A stretch of DNA of 64,000 nucleotides from the human T2T-CHM13v2.0 reference genome, Homo sapiens. The stretch is taken from NCBI RefSeq assembly GCF_009914755.1, contig NC_060930.1. One strand, 5' to 3'. The notes beneath the pieces are model-generated. The model was not told the DNA's origin, ran no database searches, and was given only the letters and a program-made list of their open reading frames with translations. Made by a program: the position numbers and the translations under genes. Each line of letters begins with the position of its first letter. Positions within the stretch are counted from its first letter, which is position 1. Positions 13,751 to 33,992 of this stretch are shown piece by piece.

Positions 13751-14758
13751 TATAAGTTTAGTAATATAATGAACTTAATTCCTTTTAGCATTCTAGACTA
13801 TTCTTATTAATAAACCTCTTTTTGATTATTCTCAAATTGGAGATCATGTGATCGTATAAACATCTTTAACAATATTAGAGAAAGGGAGAAAATAGCAAAA
13901 GCTTGGAAAGAAGGGGTAAATATTTATCTTGCAAAAAGGGTATATAAGTAGAAACATGACTTTGTTAAAATTGATCTGTTACAGTTTACTTTGAGACAAC
14001 TTTTAACAACTTCTTTGCATTTTAAGATTATTATGTAAATTTATTGCTGCTACATATTTTAAAGAGTTCACCTAAAGAAAATCTCCTATAGAAAAAAATA
14101 TGTAAAGCCTAAAAAACAGATAAAGCTGTATTTGTTAGGGTTACAAATGTGTTGTTTCTCTATTAAATTGTTTATTTCAGTATTCTTTTATATAGCAAAG
14201 TGTCCTTGTATGTAAATATATTTTTAAGTAGTTGTTCTTCAGACAATTTTCATCTTCAGTTATAAGTTATATTATTTAGGAGGCACCCTTACCTGACTTT
14301 TTGAAGGATATCTGATGTATGTGTTTTGTGATTTTTGGTTTAGTGCTTGAAGGAATGCCTGTGGTACTGGGAGGAATTAAGCAATCTCAATTATTCATAA
14401 GCTTCTCTTCCAGGACTTCCAACTTCTGTGTAAGTTGTTAACACAGATGAAAAATGACATGTAGGTTTCATATTAGTAAAAACTTTTCTCATCCCAAATA
14501 TGACATTGCTCGAACCATTACCTAATACCCTAAGCAATAGATTATACTACTGTTAGGAATATAAAATCAGTATTAAGAAGTACTTTTCAAAAAGAAGGCA
14601 TTTTCTTTTTCCCCACTTCTATGTACCTATGGACTATATTGAAAAAGCACATTAATAAAAATCAAAAGTTCTTTGTGACAAATATTATTTAAAACAGTAT
14701 TGTGAATAAATATCATAAAATACTTCAGACCTAGTGAATAATGAGAGCTGTTGGGTCA

Positions 14759-15175
<417 letters not shown>

Positions 15176-16286
15176 TTAGGTAGTAAAGAACAGTACAAAT
15201 GCCCACTGTTTTAATTTTCTGTTAACAGAAGTCCATTTCTTATATCCATCAAATTTTTTGATAAATTCAAAAATTCAAATTTGATTTTTTTGATGTTGAT
15301 TGGGAAGTCCTTCTTCTTCTTGTGCTGAAATCTGTCCCATGAGACTGTAACCTCCCAGGAGACCAAAATAACTTTTAGAGTCTCTTTTGTGCAGCCTTCA
15401 GCAGATACTGTGCTTGGCACATACAGGGAGTGCTCAGTAGGTAACTGAATAAATGAATTTGTGCTTCCACACCTTTATGCTGTTTGTTTTCTGGGTTGAT
15501 ACAAACGTGTTGCTAAATTGCTATTGGAAGCTCCTATATGGGACAATTCTGCAAATATTCGAAGACTTGGAAATTATGCTCTAATCAGTCAAATCTTAGG
15601 AACATAGTAAGTTAGTCCATCATGACATATGTAAAACCATAAGACATCGCTAATATTTGACTGTTTTTGACCCATAAAAGTGACAGTTTTGTATGATTCA
15701 GCCTAATATTTCAACATGAGGTTCTTTTAAAACAGTTGTGAATATGCCAAAATAGAGAGGGTCAAAGTTGGGTTATGACAGGGTAGTTGAGAAAAGAGAA
15801 GTTTTGGTAATTTATATGAACTCTAAGTTGATAAGTTAATTACAACGATAATTGTTAGGAATACACTCTCACTGTTTCATAACATGCTTATGCTGGACTT
15901 GTCTTTCTTTTTTTTTGGCTACCCAGCATCTAAATTTTTTATACCAATCTCTTGTGTTAGTTACATTCTTTCATAGACTTCCTTGCTGCTAGGGAAGGAA
16001 AATATGATCTTGGTCTGATGCAGACTTTGAATCAGAAGCTAGCAACTTGAAGAAGAAAAGGACCATGCAGAATTCATCCTTGGGATAGGTGTGTCATCAG
16101 TGACAGCTACTACCAGTCCAAGGCCAGTGGGAACAGTTTTGGCCCTTTGTGTGCTGTCTGTGGTTTGGCACCTAATGCTCACTGGGGTGTTGGTACTGGA
16201 CCTGGGCTCCACCAGCACTTTGGACAGTGCCTGTCTCCTTGGCTTCATGGCCTTTCAGCCTGCCTGGTCCTCTGGTCCTCGTGGTG

Positions 16287-16517
16287 TTTTTTTTTTTTTT
16301 TTTGAGACTTGGTCAACTCTGTCACCCAGCTTAGCCTCCCAAGTAGCTGGGGCTACAGGTGCGCACCACCATGCCTGGCTAATTTTCATATCTTTTTGTA
16401 GAGACGGGGTCTATCCATGTTGCCCAGGCTGGTCTCAAACTCCTGAGCTCAAGCAATTTGCCCACCTCAGCCTCCCAAAGTGCTGGGATTGCAGATGTGA
16501 GCCACCATGCCCAGCCA
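16287..16517 (-). mobile_element. Alu (AluJ-like, internally deleted)
   Basis: Antisense Alu missing ~60 bp of the right monomer. Confidence 0.85.
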
Positions 16518-21095
<4,578 letters not shown>

Positions 21096-22192
21096 TATGT
21101 TCCAGTTTTCTTGTCTTTAGAATTGGCTTAATAGTATTAGCCCTACCTGTTTTTGGATAAAAAGACCACATGAAAATTTATTTACCCTTGATCTTTAAAA
21201 AATATGAATTTTTCACATGTATGCCAAATGATTCTGTCCTCCTCTTTGTGCATTCTAATTTGATGCTTGTGAAATCATAGCAATGTTATATTGTTAATGT
21301 ATAGTGCATTTGTTATTGTGCTTATTTTATGTTTTAATTTTTTTATTCAAAAGTAATATATGCTCATTTTAACAATTCTATCCATATATATGTATTATAT
21401 TTATAACTCTGGTCTCCTCTATTTAATTTCAACCCACATCCCAAAGTATTCTATACTATTTTTCCATGTTAGTAAAAACATATAGATCATCTATTTTCTT
21501 TCTCTCTTTTATATTCCAGAGAATCATATTATAGATGTAATAACCATGTAAGTTCTCTCTTTTTGCTTAATGGATCATGGCCATCTTCTCATGTCTGTGT
21601 GTGTAATTCTAATTAATTTTATTATCTTCATGGTGGTCATATGGTTATTTATCAACCATTTATTTATTGATGAAGGTTGTTTCCAGTTTGTGCAACTTCA
21701 GGAAATGCTTTAATAAATATCTTTTCATAGAATTTCGTATACTGATGCTTTTATTTCTTCGTATTTTCCTAGAATTGGAATTGCTGGCTCAAAATGCTTG
21801 TATAGCCTAAATTTTAATAGTTGCTACCCAGATTATTTTCCATTGTAGTTGTGGCAGTTCTTATTCTGCAACACCATTATTTCTTCATATATTTTCTCTA
21901 ACTCCATCTCTTTCCCCCTTGTTCAGGAACTTCAGTTACAGACATATTAGACAACTCGAAGTTGCCCCACAGCTTACTGATATTCTATTCTCTGTTCTTT
22001 TTTCTTTATGTTTTCTTTTTCTTAGTGTGTTTTATTTTGGCTTCTATTGCATTGTTTTCAAATTTACCAATATTTTGCTCTGCTGTGTCTCACCTGTTAT
22101 TTCCATCCAGTTAATTTTTCTCAGACATTGCAGTTTCCATCTGTATATAAATTTGATTTGGATTTGGATTTAATAGTTTCCATGTCTCTACT

Positions 22193-22642
22193 TGTTGGGG
22201 TGATCAGACTCAACACCAGGCCGTGGGGGCTACGAAGTCCGGTGGAGTCAAAGGAATGAGAAAAGACAAGTTAAGAGAGAAAGTAGGACCAGGGGACCAA
22301 CGCTAGTATGGAGGCTGTGAAGGCCCCGAGCTGTGGGAGCCCACACTATTTATTGGTGATCAGACAAAGAAACAGGTGGTGAGGATGTGGAGGTTGAAAG
22401 GAAGTGGTGTATCAAGCGAATGAGTTACAGCTGTGATGGTTTAGCATTTTCTTTGAAACATATGACTACTTGAGATAATGGGAGTGCTAGAAGCAAGGAG
22501 CCAGCAAGTCTGGACATATTCCAAAGGCCACGAGGGGTTTTAGACCCTGGACCCCGGACATGTTCCAAGACTCTTTTACATTATGTCAGACATGCAAGCC
22601 CTGCCTCAGCTTCTCTCCTAACACTCAGCTTTTCTCCCAACA
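22193..22642 (-). mobile_element. Solo LTR3-like LTR (HERV-K HML-6 group), 450 bp
   Basis: TGTTGGG..CCCAACA termini; perfect 6-bp TSD TCTACT (22187-22192 and 22643-22648); minus strand begins TGTTGGGAGAAAAGCTGAGTGTT; minus-strand AATAAA near 22350. Confidence 0.88.
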
Positions 22643-23786
22643 TCTACTTGACATTTTGAACATAGGACATACAGTTACAATAACTATTTTGATGTCCTAT
22701 CTACTAATTCTAACCTCTATGTCAGTTCTGAGTAACTTTTGATTAATTGATTTATCTTTTCAAAAATGAGGGCCATATTGACCAGTTAGTTTGCACACCT
22801 AGTAGTTTTTGATTAGATGCCAGGCATTGTGAAGTTTACCTTGTTGGATGCTGAATTGTTTTGTATTTCTATAAATATCCTTGGGCATTGTTCTGGTACA
22901 CAATTAAGTTACTTGGAAATAGTTTTTTGTTTGTTTTTTTGTTTGTTTTGGGCCTTGCTTCTAAGATTTCCTAGGTGGTACTAAAAGAGTACCAGTCCAG
23001 AGTTAATTATTCCCCACTACTGAGGCAAGACTGTTCTTTTTACCTAATGTCTCATGAATCTTGGGGTTTTCCAGTCTGGCTAATGGAACAGTATTCCTGG
23101 GCTCCATCTGGGTTTCTCCTACTTATAGAAGGCCTTGGACACTCAAGGATATAAGCTGGGACAATCAAAGGGCTCACCTTTTCTTGTTAAAGTACTAGAC
23201 ACTCTTCCCTCTAATCCTTTTGAATGTGTTTTTCCCCAGCCTCTGGTAGTTTCCTTGCACACATGCACTGATCAGGACTCAGCAGAATATTCTAGGGGAA
23301 CCCTTTGAAGAGCTCTGGAATTTTCTTGGTACAAGTCTTACTTCTCAAGTATTCTGTCCCTTTCAGCTCCTTTGCCTCAATCCAGGAAAGGGCTGGACTC
23401 TATCTGTTTCATCTCCTTACACAAGACCTTGGGCATTCAAAGATGTAAGCTGGAATAATCAAAGGGCTTACCTTGTTCGTTTCTCATTGCTCAGGGAAGG
23501 TTTCTGCTACTTCATCTTGGAAGCAGAAGTTTGAGATATGAAGGGTTTCAGATAAGCTAGTCCTTTTTTATACTCAGGGAAACCACTGGAATGTTCTGTG
23601 AAAATCAGCATCATGTCAGCCCAGCAGTTATTCTGTTTATTAGATATCCCTTTCAAATTATTGCTTTTGTGTGCTTTACCACAGGTGTGAAATCACTGGA
23701 CATTTAACTGTCATATAGCATTTGTTATCATACACATTGTAGATTTTTTCTCTCTTTTAAAGAAAATATCTGAAGCAGGTGTATAA

Positions 23787-24086
<300 letters not shown>

Positions 24087-25882
24087 TGACATTGCTGTGG
24101 TCTCTGACACTACTCTTGCTTCTGGGTTTCCAAGTCAGGTTGGTTCCAATTCCCAGGGGTGCTGAGGATGCTCCTGGCCTTCCATGGAGGCTATTTCAGC
24201 TTTGCCTGCCTTTGCCACGATGGCTGTTCTTGCATAGTCTGGCCATCATTTATTTCTACCACTGTTGCCTCACCTGCTTCATCCCCTGAAGAGCCTCGAG
24301 GTGGTGCCAGAGTTCACTTTTGCTGCTATTCTTGCTTGTGGTTATTTGCATCCTGTTGCTCTCAAAGCTTCCTCTGCTGGCCTGTTACGCTGGTGCTGCT
24401 CACCGCAACTGGGTAAGCTTTTTTTACCCCTCTTCCTGTCGCTCTTCAAGGTTTCCAAAAGACCATCTTTCAGCAGTTGCCTCAATTAAGGCCTTGGAAC
24501 CAGGTATACCGGGGACTGGGCATGAGGGTAACTGAGGGACCCCCTTTCCTGGAGGTACTTTAAAGTACTTCTCCCTAAGGATGGTCAACCCAGTGGCACA
24601 ATCCAAGTGACAAGTCTTTTGACTTCCCCTGTCTCAGGGTGACTTACTGCCTTTATAGGCCACCCCTTCTTCCCGCAGAAGTCGGAGCAACTTTTGACTT
24701 CCGTCTAGGTTCATGAGCATTTCTCCTAAAATCCTAAGGCCACCCTTCATTTTGTTTCCTATTTCAGCCTAGGGGGTTCCTCATGCAAATTCAGACATCT
24801 GATGGCCTGCTCTCATATACCAGAGTTTTGGAGATGGGCATGCAGATTAATATCCGCTCCCTGCTCTCCATGACCCTTTGCTGCAGTTAAGACTGATTTG
24901 CAGCTCTAGAAATGAAGGCCATGTGTAGTAGTAAGTAGAATTTTTTTTTTCTAAATTTGCCACATTTTGTATTTAATGTCTCTGTCCTCAGAAAAGTCTT
25001 TTGGGCCCTTTAAATCATGGGTTTGGGTGACTCACCATCCTATAGTTAAGAGTTTTCTACAAACTATTGCTGAAAATCTCAGAAAGATATCTTGCATGGT
25101 TTTTTGGATTACATTGCCACAAATTTAGTAATATCCATATTAGGTATCATTCCAGTATCATATTAGGTATGTTAGGTAAAAATAATTGGTGTAAATGATA
25201 GATTTTGAAATATGGGATGACAACAATTTACAAAACTTGTAGACTGACAGTTTGATTCTTTACTGGTTATCTTTCTTGTTTTGCTTTCAAATGGATTGTC
25301 CTCTTCCAAGTGGTTTCAAACTTAATCACAGAATGACAATCAGTGGTGAAGGTAATATCTCCGTTTCAAAATGTTTCTTTGTCTTTATAATATTAACTTT
25401 GAAATGAGAGCACCCAAGGACATTTATTTAAAAAAATGCTTAAACTATATATGTCAACATTTCAAACTGCATTTAAATGATTTATTGGCAGTTAATTTCA
25501 CAGAATCAATCTTACCCTATAGAAAAGTAATATGAGACTTGGAATGGTTGTGATGTAACTGAGATCACAGTCTTATCAGTTACAGAGCACTGTCTCTGCA
25601 CCTGAGAAACCCATCCCATCTCATTCTGTCTCACATTCTTCCCTCCCACTGGCCAGCTCCAGTTCACGCAGAGTCATTTCTACGTGTAAGGAGCTCCCTG
25701 TTCCAAATCATATTAATTAAGTAAATATGTATTGAGTGCCTACTATGTGCCAGACACTGGGTGCTGGGCACAGAGTGGTGATCAAAATAGAAACAGTCAC
25801 TGCTTGAATGGTACATAAAATCTAAATCAGATTGCATTTTATTTAGATTAGAATGCTTAATATTTAGAAAACAAATTATGAT

Positions 25883-27223
<1,341 letters not shown>

Positions 27224-30200
27224 AGAAAACAAATTATGATATTATCATTTTCAGTAAGCCAAATAAGAATTTTTTATTTTAATTTATGGAATGAGTCTAT
27301 TCCTATCACTATTATAGTGGTCAGTGTTCCTGAAAGTTTAAGGAAGTAGATCTTAGATATGGGGATTCGCAAGTCAGCCGGCGTACTGGTTGAAGCTTCA
27401 GATTTCCACCCTCTACCCTTAGATTTAGAGATGGACCTAGGACCTAAGCTTTTGATGTTCAGTAAATGCCATATATGGTTCTGATACAGATGATCTGCAG
27501 AGGAATATACTTAAGACCTGCAGGCTTAAATAAATATCCAACAGTTTCTTATGCAGCAAATCTACTGTAAAGGTTAAAACCAGTATGAAAAGGTGGCATA
27601 CATACAAGATGATTTCATTTATTTACTTTACTATAATTCGTGGTTTGGTATGTAGATTATTTGAAAATATATGGTTCCTTAGTCTCAGTCTTAACGTTTT
27701 TACATTTCCAGCTATCTATTTTCTTCTCTCGGCACTAATTTTCTTCTAGATTTTTGTTCTGAATCCATCCATTGAGCTAATGTCACAAGCAAGTGACCAT
27801 TAAATAAAGATGATCGTGGAATGTATTGCTGGCTTTCCATGTTATTTAGATTGATAGTGAAATAAAAGAAGGGAGTGGCGAAATAATAGTTTTTTTTTAA
27901 TCCACTTGCATGTTAGGAGATTGGACTCATTTCACGTATGTTATTCTTTATTTAAAAAGTTACTTTAATTATAAAATTATTAGCTGAATATATGCTTACT
28001 GTAAACAATTCAAATACTTACAGACCTATAGAGTGAAAGGTAGAGTTACTCCCTCATTACCATCCTGCAACCCACTTCCTCCCAACAGAATGTCTCTCTA
28101 GGTAAACACTGCCAGTAGATCCTTCCAGACCTTTTCCTATGTGCTGCAAATATATATGGACATACATACATGCATATAGTTTCTTTAAAACAGAAATAAA
28201 ACTCTCAATATTATTTTGATTTATCATAATTTAAACATTCTTCTGTTGATGAATAATTAGGTTGATTTCTGTTTCTTTGGTACCACAAACAATGCTGTTA
28301 TGAACTTCCTTGTTCACTTTTCTTTGGGTGGATATGCCAGTATTTCAAAGAACCAATTCTTTGAAGTGGAATTCTAAGAGCAGAGGGTATTAGACATTAT
28401 AAACCTTCAGAAATACCTCAGATTGCCTTGTCAAGCAATAGTGACAATTTATACTCCCAACCGTGGTGTATGAGAAGAACATTTGTTAGGATAAACTCGT
28501 GGTAGAAAGACTATCAGAGGTCATATAAAATTGATATGGCCCTTTGAGCTATGAATTATGCAACTGACATTAAAAAAATGTTAAAAATCTCATTTTCTTT
28601 AAGATGTCCTAGCTGCTGATATTATTCTAAAGAAATAATTTAAAAAGAGAAGTTCTTTATGCATAAAGATGTTTACTGAAGTATTATCAATAATAGGGAA
28701 ATAATAGAAATAACTCCCACAACAATAGGGAAATGTTTAAGTCAATTATGGTAAATCATATAAATGATATAAGCAGCTACTGAAGTAGATATAAGGATTC
28801 TATAACAGCATACAAAGTAAATAAAATACTATACTCTTTAGTATATAAAATCTATCCTATAAAATGTATACTGTAATTAAAATTGTATAAAATGGTTTCC
28901 TTGGGTTTGCCTTGCCAGCACCTTAATGTGTTTCATCGCATTTTAGAGGTAAAAAGTGGCTTCCCACAGTTACTCTCTTAGCCCATGATTTTTCCGGTAG
29001 ATCAGTGAATAGAACTGACCTTAATGTCACTCAGAATATAGTATATCCCCCTTGACATGCTGAGGATTCCCATTTTGGTTTGCTGGGGTTCTGAGGAATG
29101 GTGGGACCTTGGTGAGTGGAGTGTAATAAGAAGTGGTGATGAGCAAAGTTAGGTGCCCCATGACAATGCAGGAGTGAGGGGCAGCCACCGGATTCAGAAA
29201 ACCTGAAGATTTTCCATTGTCATGGGAGTGGTCCTTCAGTTTCTGGTATGGAGGGGTGGTGTATAGTGAGACTGTCTGGAAAAGAGCTAAATGATATCTC
29301 CTGTTGAGATGCTCTGTTTTAAAGACTGAAGCCAGATGGTGTCCTCCTTATATTTCAATTTGACCTGCTAGAGGGTAGTCTGGAAATGATTTTATGTATG
29401 ATACTGATGCACTGAAAGTACTGATGCACTAAAAGCACCTAAAGTACTGGTGCTACTGTTGTCAGGGTAGACATGATGATTGTTGGTAAAAAGGGGTGTG
29501 CTGTGTAGAGGAATGCTCTGGATTATTACAGGAAATATTATAGGAAAATTCTGAGATAGTAAGATAGCCGGTCCATTCATTATTGTCTATAGGAGGTATA
29601 ATGCGATATTCTGTAGTGATAAACCAATTGAGATTTTTTTTTAATCATCTAGTCATTGTCATTTAAAAAGTAACCTGAAAAGCTGTTACCCATGTCAACT
29701 TAAAAAATTAGATTCAAAGTCAGAGCTATCATCAGTCTGTTTATGAAGGTAAAACATCTCATTGACATTAAAGATGTGGACAGATGGCTGGTGCAGGGGA
29801 TGAGCATTCACCCCCTGGGAGGTCGTACAGATCTAGTGTGAGGGTTTCCCAGTGGTGTTCAGTATTTGGTGCAGAAGTCCCTGGGCTTCCGGGGTCCTGT
29901 CCTCTGGTAGGCACTTGTTGGCAGGTAATTGCATGTAGTAGTAGTAACCAAAAGCCCAGTGGGGAACTAAACATTCAATATATTGTGTTCAAAATTTTGA
30001 AAATACAGAAACTCTCTCTCAAATGTCCTGATGTGAAACTTCTTCTGTGACAGCATGATATTCTGGTTCCCAAGTTAGAGAGCTGAGTTGAGGCTAAGGA
30101 CAGATTCTGTGAAACATAAGGCTTTTCTTGGCAATTATGTATCTTTCTAACACCAGGAGACATTTAGTCAATGTGTCAGCTTTGCATATTCTTAGTTTCA

Positions 30201-31172
30201 TGAAATTCTAATGGGTATTTTGCATAATAAAACATCAAAAGGAATCATTATCATTGTATTCTGTAATTTTTTTCATCAAATGAAACCTCAGAAAATCATA
30301 TTAAATTACTGTCTCTGAAATAGTAACTAAAGTTCAGGTTATTTGTAGTTTTTTCAGAATTTAGTTGACATAGCTAGTCCGCTAACTTGTTCAGCCTCAT
30401 GCTTTTTGTACGGTATCTTTTTGGACTTATTTTTCTTACTGAATGAACTTGGGTTTCAGTGATTTCAATGTTGCAAATCTTGGTTGGTTAGAAATATGTG
30501 CTAACACTTGATGGCAGAAGAAGACAAGTTTCAAATCAAACAAACATCTTAATGCAGATCTCAAAAAATAAATGTGATAACATCCTCAAAAAATAAATGT
30601 GATCGCCTAATGTATAGATCAGTTGTTTTTAATCACAAATTATTTTCTGGGCTTCTTAGGTATCTTCCCTGATTTATGACTCTTTCAAATTACTACTGTA
30701 GCTCTTAAACTGACAAAGACATGTTTTATGAACATGACACCTCTTTGCAGCAGTGTTTTACAGAGTCAGAAAATGAGAGTACTTTAGAATGAAAAAAATG
30801 AACTTTGAAAATTATTAGCGACTTTCACTTAGACTGGTTTGTTTTGAGGGCAGAATTCAAGATGCAAAAAGTAAGGGCTGAAGGGTGATCATTGGACCTG
30901 ATGATGATGATGATGTTGAGGGGAGTGGAGAAGAGGATATAGGACAGTCATTGGTAGGAATGGAAAAGGAGAGCATATGGTTGAAAATTTTGTTCTGATG
31001 CTACCATTAAGAGGAAATTCCAGTTCCTGAATTGTTTGGTGATTGAATATACAGAACTAGAATTGTAATGGAAAGTTTCTATACTAGGTTGGTTGAATTC
31101 AGCCTTACTCTGCATCCCTCCCTAACTGTGAGCCCTGATGTCATCTTTCTTCACTCACTACCATTATTTACT

Positions 31173-31250
31173 TCTATCTATCTAGCTACCTAGCTAGCTG
31201 TCTGTCTGTCTGTCTGTCCATCCATCCATCTATCTATCTATCTATCTATC
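31173..31250. repeat. Compound tetranucleotide microsatellite (CTAT/CTAG/CTGT/CCAT)n
   Basis: Directly visible in the sequence. Confidence 0.9.
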
Positions 31251-31759
31251 TCTGCATATTTTTTCAGGATTTTGTTAACTGGGCCTGGTATAGTTTGACT
31301 GCCACTCACTTTTGGGGGTCTGCATGACAGTGAGCTTTTATAAACCATGTTAAAACTCAGGAGCATTAAGACTATTCCTTCTTAAAGGAATCCCTGTAGT
31401 AATTTAAAGGAGCATGAGCTTTCCTGTTTTAGCCCTGTTGTTTAGTCCTGGACAAAATCACATAACCTCTCTCGATCTCTGTTGACTTATCGTAAAAGAA
31501 GGACTCTTGACTCCTGTGCTATCCTGAAATGTCTATAAGGTAAACAGTTTGACCAAATTGCTTAATTTGGCTTCACACAGTTATATATATTTTTAACCTC
31601 ATATTGGCTTTCTTTTCTGTGTGGAAGGAGAATGACAGAAAGAAGAAAGGTCTTCAAGTACTGATAGGAAGATAGGGGCAATTTAGATCTGAATCTTTTC
31701 ACTTGTCCTCCTAGAAGCCAGATGGAGCAACAAGGACAATGGGAAAAATACTCTACACA

Positions 31760-31926
31760 TTTTTTTTTTTTTTTGAAAGAACTAGGATCTCACTTGGTTG
31801 CCCAGACCTAGAGTTCATGGCATGATCATAGCTGATCGCAGCCTCCAAATCCTGGGCTCAAATGATCCTCCTGCCTCAGCCTCCTGAGTAGCTGGGACTA
31901 CAGGTGTGCACACCATGCCTGGCTAA

Positions 31927-31958
<32 letters not shown>

Positions 31959-32075
31959 AGATATGGGGTGTTGCTATGTTGCCCAGGCTGGTCTTGAACT
32001 CCTGGCCTTAAACGATCCTCACACCTTGGCCTCCCATAGTGTTGGGATTACAGATGTGAGCAACTGCACCCAGCC
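31760..32075 (-). mobile_element. Alu (AluJ-like) with expanded central poly(T)
   Basis: Antisense Alu; ~26 T at 31933-31958. Confidence 0.9.
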
Positions 32076-33691
32076 ACATACTACATCTTTAGTGAAACTG
32101 AGAGGTAGAGAAATCCTGTCAATACCAAATTATGTGGAAGTGCTGGTGGTAGAGGCCCTCCTGACCTGGGAGACAGAATAGGCAAGGGCTCTACATTTTA
32201 AAGAATATTCCTTCATTCTAACAAAGGAGAGGCACAGAGAAGCCTGGAGACTACCCTGCCACTTCCTTCCTTCATCCCACAAAGAGGGCATTTGTAGATG
32301 CCCTGGTTATTCAGTGAACCTTGATTATTCCAGACAAAACTTTAAAAATATCTTTGGTGCAAGATAAAGCAGATTGTTTCTGTAAACTATTTTTGAATCT
32401 CCCGGTGTCAGATGGCTTAATTACTCACAGTTTTTAGTTGTTTTTGAGTCACTTTTCATATTTCCAAGTACATTAAACAGCAAATCTCTTTGTTTTAATG
32501 GCTTTTTAACACTAAAAATTCAGTGAATTCTCATGAGGTAGAATGTAATTTCTTCTGAGATACTCTAGATTACATTAGTCAACACTGTCATCTACTGTGT
32601 GTTAAAGAGCACTATTTATAACAAGTGCCTTCACTTATGTTTCTAATGTATTTTTCAACTTTATGCTGTTGTATTGTCTATTTCTGTATATTGAAAAAAA
32701 ACAAGTTTACAATTGTTTAACAATTGGAAATGATGTTTACAAAGGTAAACCTGCTTAACATTCATTTGGAATCTTTCAGTACTTTGTATGTCTTTAAAAA
32801 TTGAGAAACAGTAAACAGAATGCTAAATTATTTTATGGGAAATTCTAGAAATTGACTAAAGTCAGGATTACAAATGATTCCTGGTTGATCTTGATTCTGT
32901 TAGAGATTTTGACAACTTTGAAAACCCTGGAAGAAATGACTGGTGAACCTAATATTAAATCTTCAAAGTGGAATGGAGATTTGAAGCAAGTATCTTCAAT
33001 AGCATTTTCTGAGATTTTTCTTTCTGAATATCTGTCAGGGTTTTATGTGAGGCAGGGATCTGTGATCCAATGAATGTTAGCAATGATGGGTTAAGTAAAG
33101 TTAATCAAATTCTTTATGTCAGAACTTCTTAGGTTCTCTGAAATGCAAATGCTTATTGTGAATCTCAAGAGCTTACAACAACAGAGATTCTTTTTTTCCC
33201 CCCATGTTAATGGATCCTCTGGCTCTGCTCCACATTGTCTTTACTCAGGACCGTGGCTGGGCAGCCTCCATCTAGGACTTTTCTGCTCTTCTGGCAAAAG
33301 GAAAGAGAGTTGGTGAACATGCTGATTCTTAAAGCTTTTGCTAAGAAGTGACACACATCATTTCTGATCATATTTTATTGGCCAAAGCAAGTCACATGGT
33401 TCCTTCTGAGTGTAACAGAGCAGGATATATAATTTGCTTCCAGGAAGGTACACCACAGGTGGGGCAGAAAATATTTTGAACAGTTGTATAGTCTACTCAG
33501 CATTGTTTCCCAACCAGACCAGCAAGTCCTTTTTCCACTGACTGTTTTGTAGCCATTAGTATTTGGTAGAACATGGCTTAGGAAATGCTGATTTGATAAT
33601 TCCAGCTTAAGTGATTTTTTTTTTTGTTAAACATATAGATTCTGTGGACATATTTATTTTCCAGCAGTTGCATCTACAGATAAGCATCTGA

Positions 33692-33992
33692 TTTTTTTTT
33701 TGTTTGTTTGAGATGGAGTCTCGCTCTGACTCCCAGGCTGGAGTGCAGTGGTGCGATCTCGGCTCATTACAAGTTCTGCCTCCTGGGTTCACGCCATTCT
33801 CCTGCCTCAGCCTCCTGAATAGCTGGGACTACAGGTGCCCGCCACCATGCCCGGCTAATTTTTTGTATTTTTAGTAGAGACGGGATTTCACCATGTTAGC
33901 CAGGATGGTCTGGATCTCCTGACCTTGTGATCCACCCGCCTCGGCCTCCCAAAGTGCTGGGATTACAAGCGTGAGCCACCACACCCAGCCCG
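33692..33992 (-). mobile_element. AluY-like
   Basis: Diagnostics ttcacgccattctcc and ttagccaggatggtc. Confidence 0.93.
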
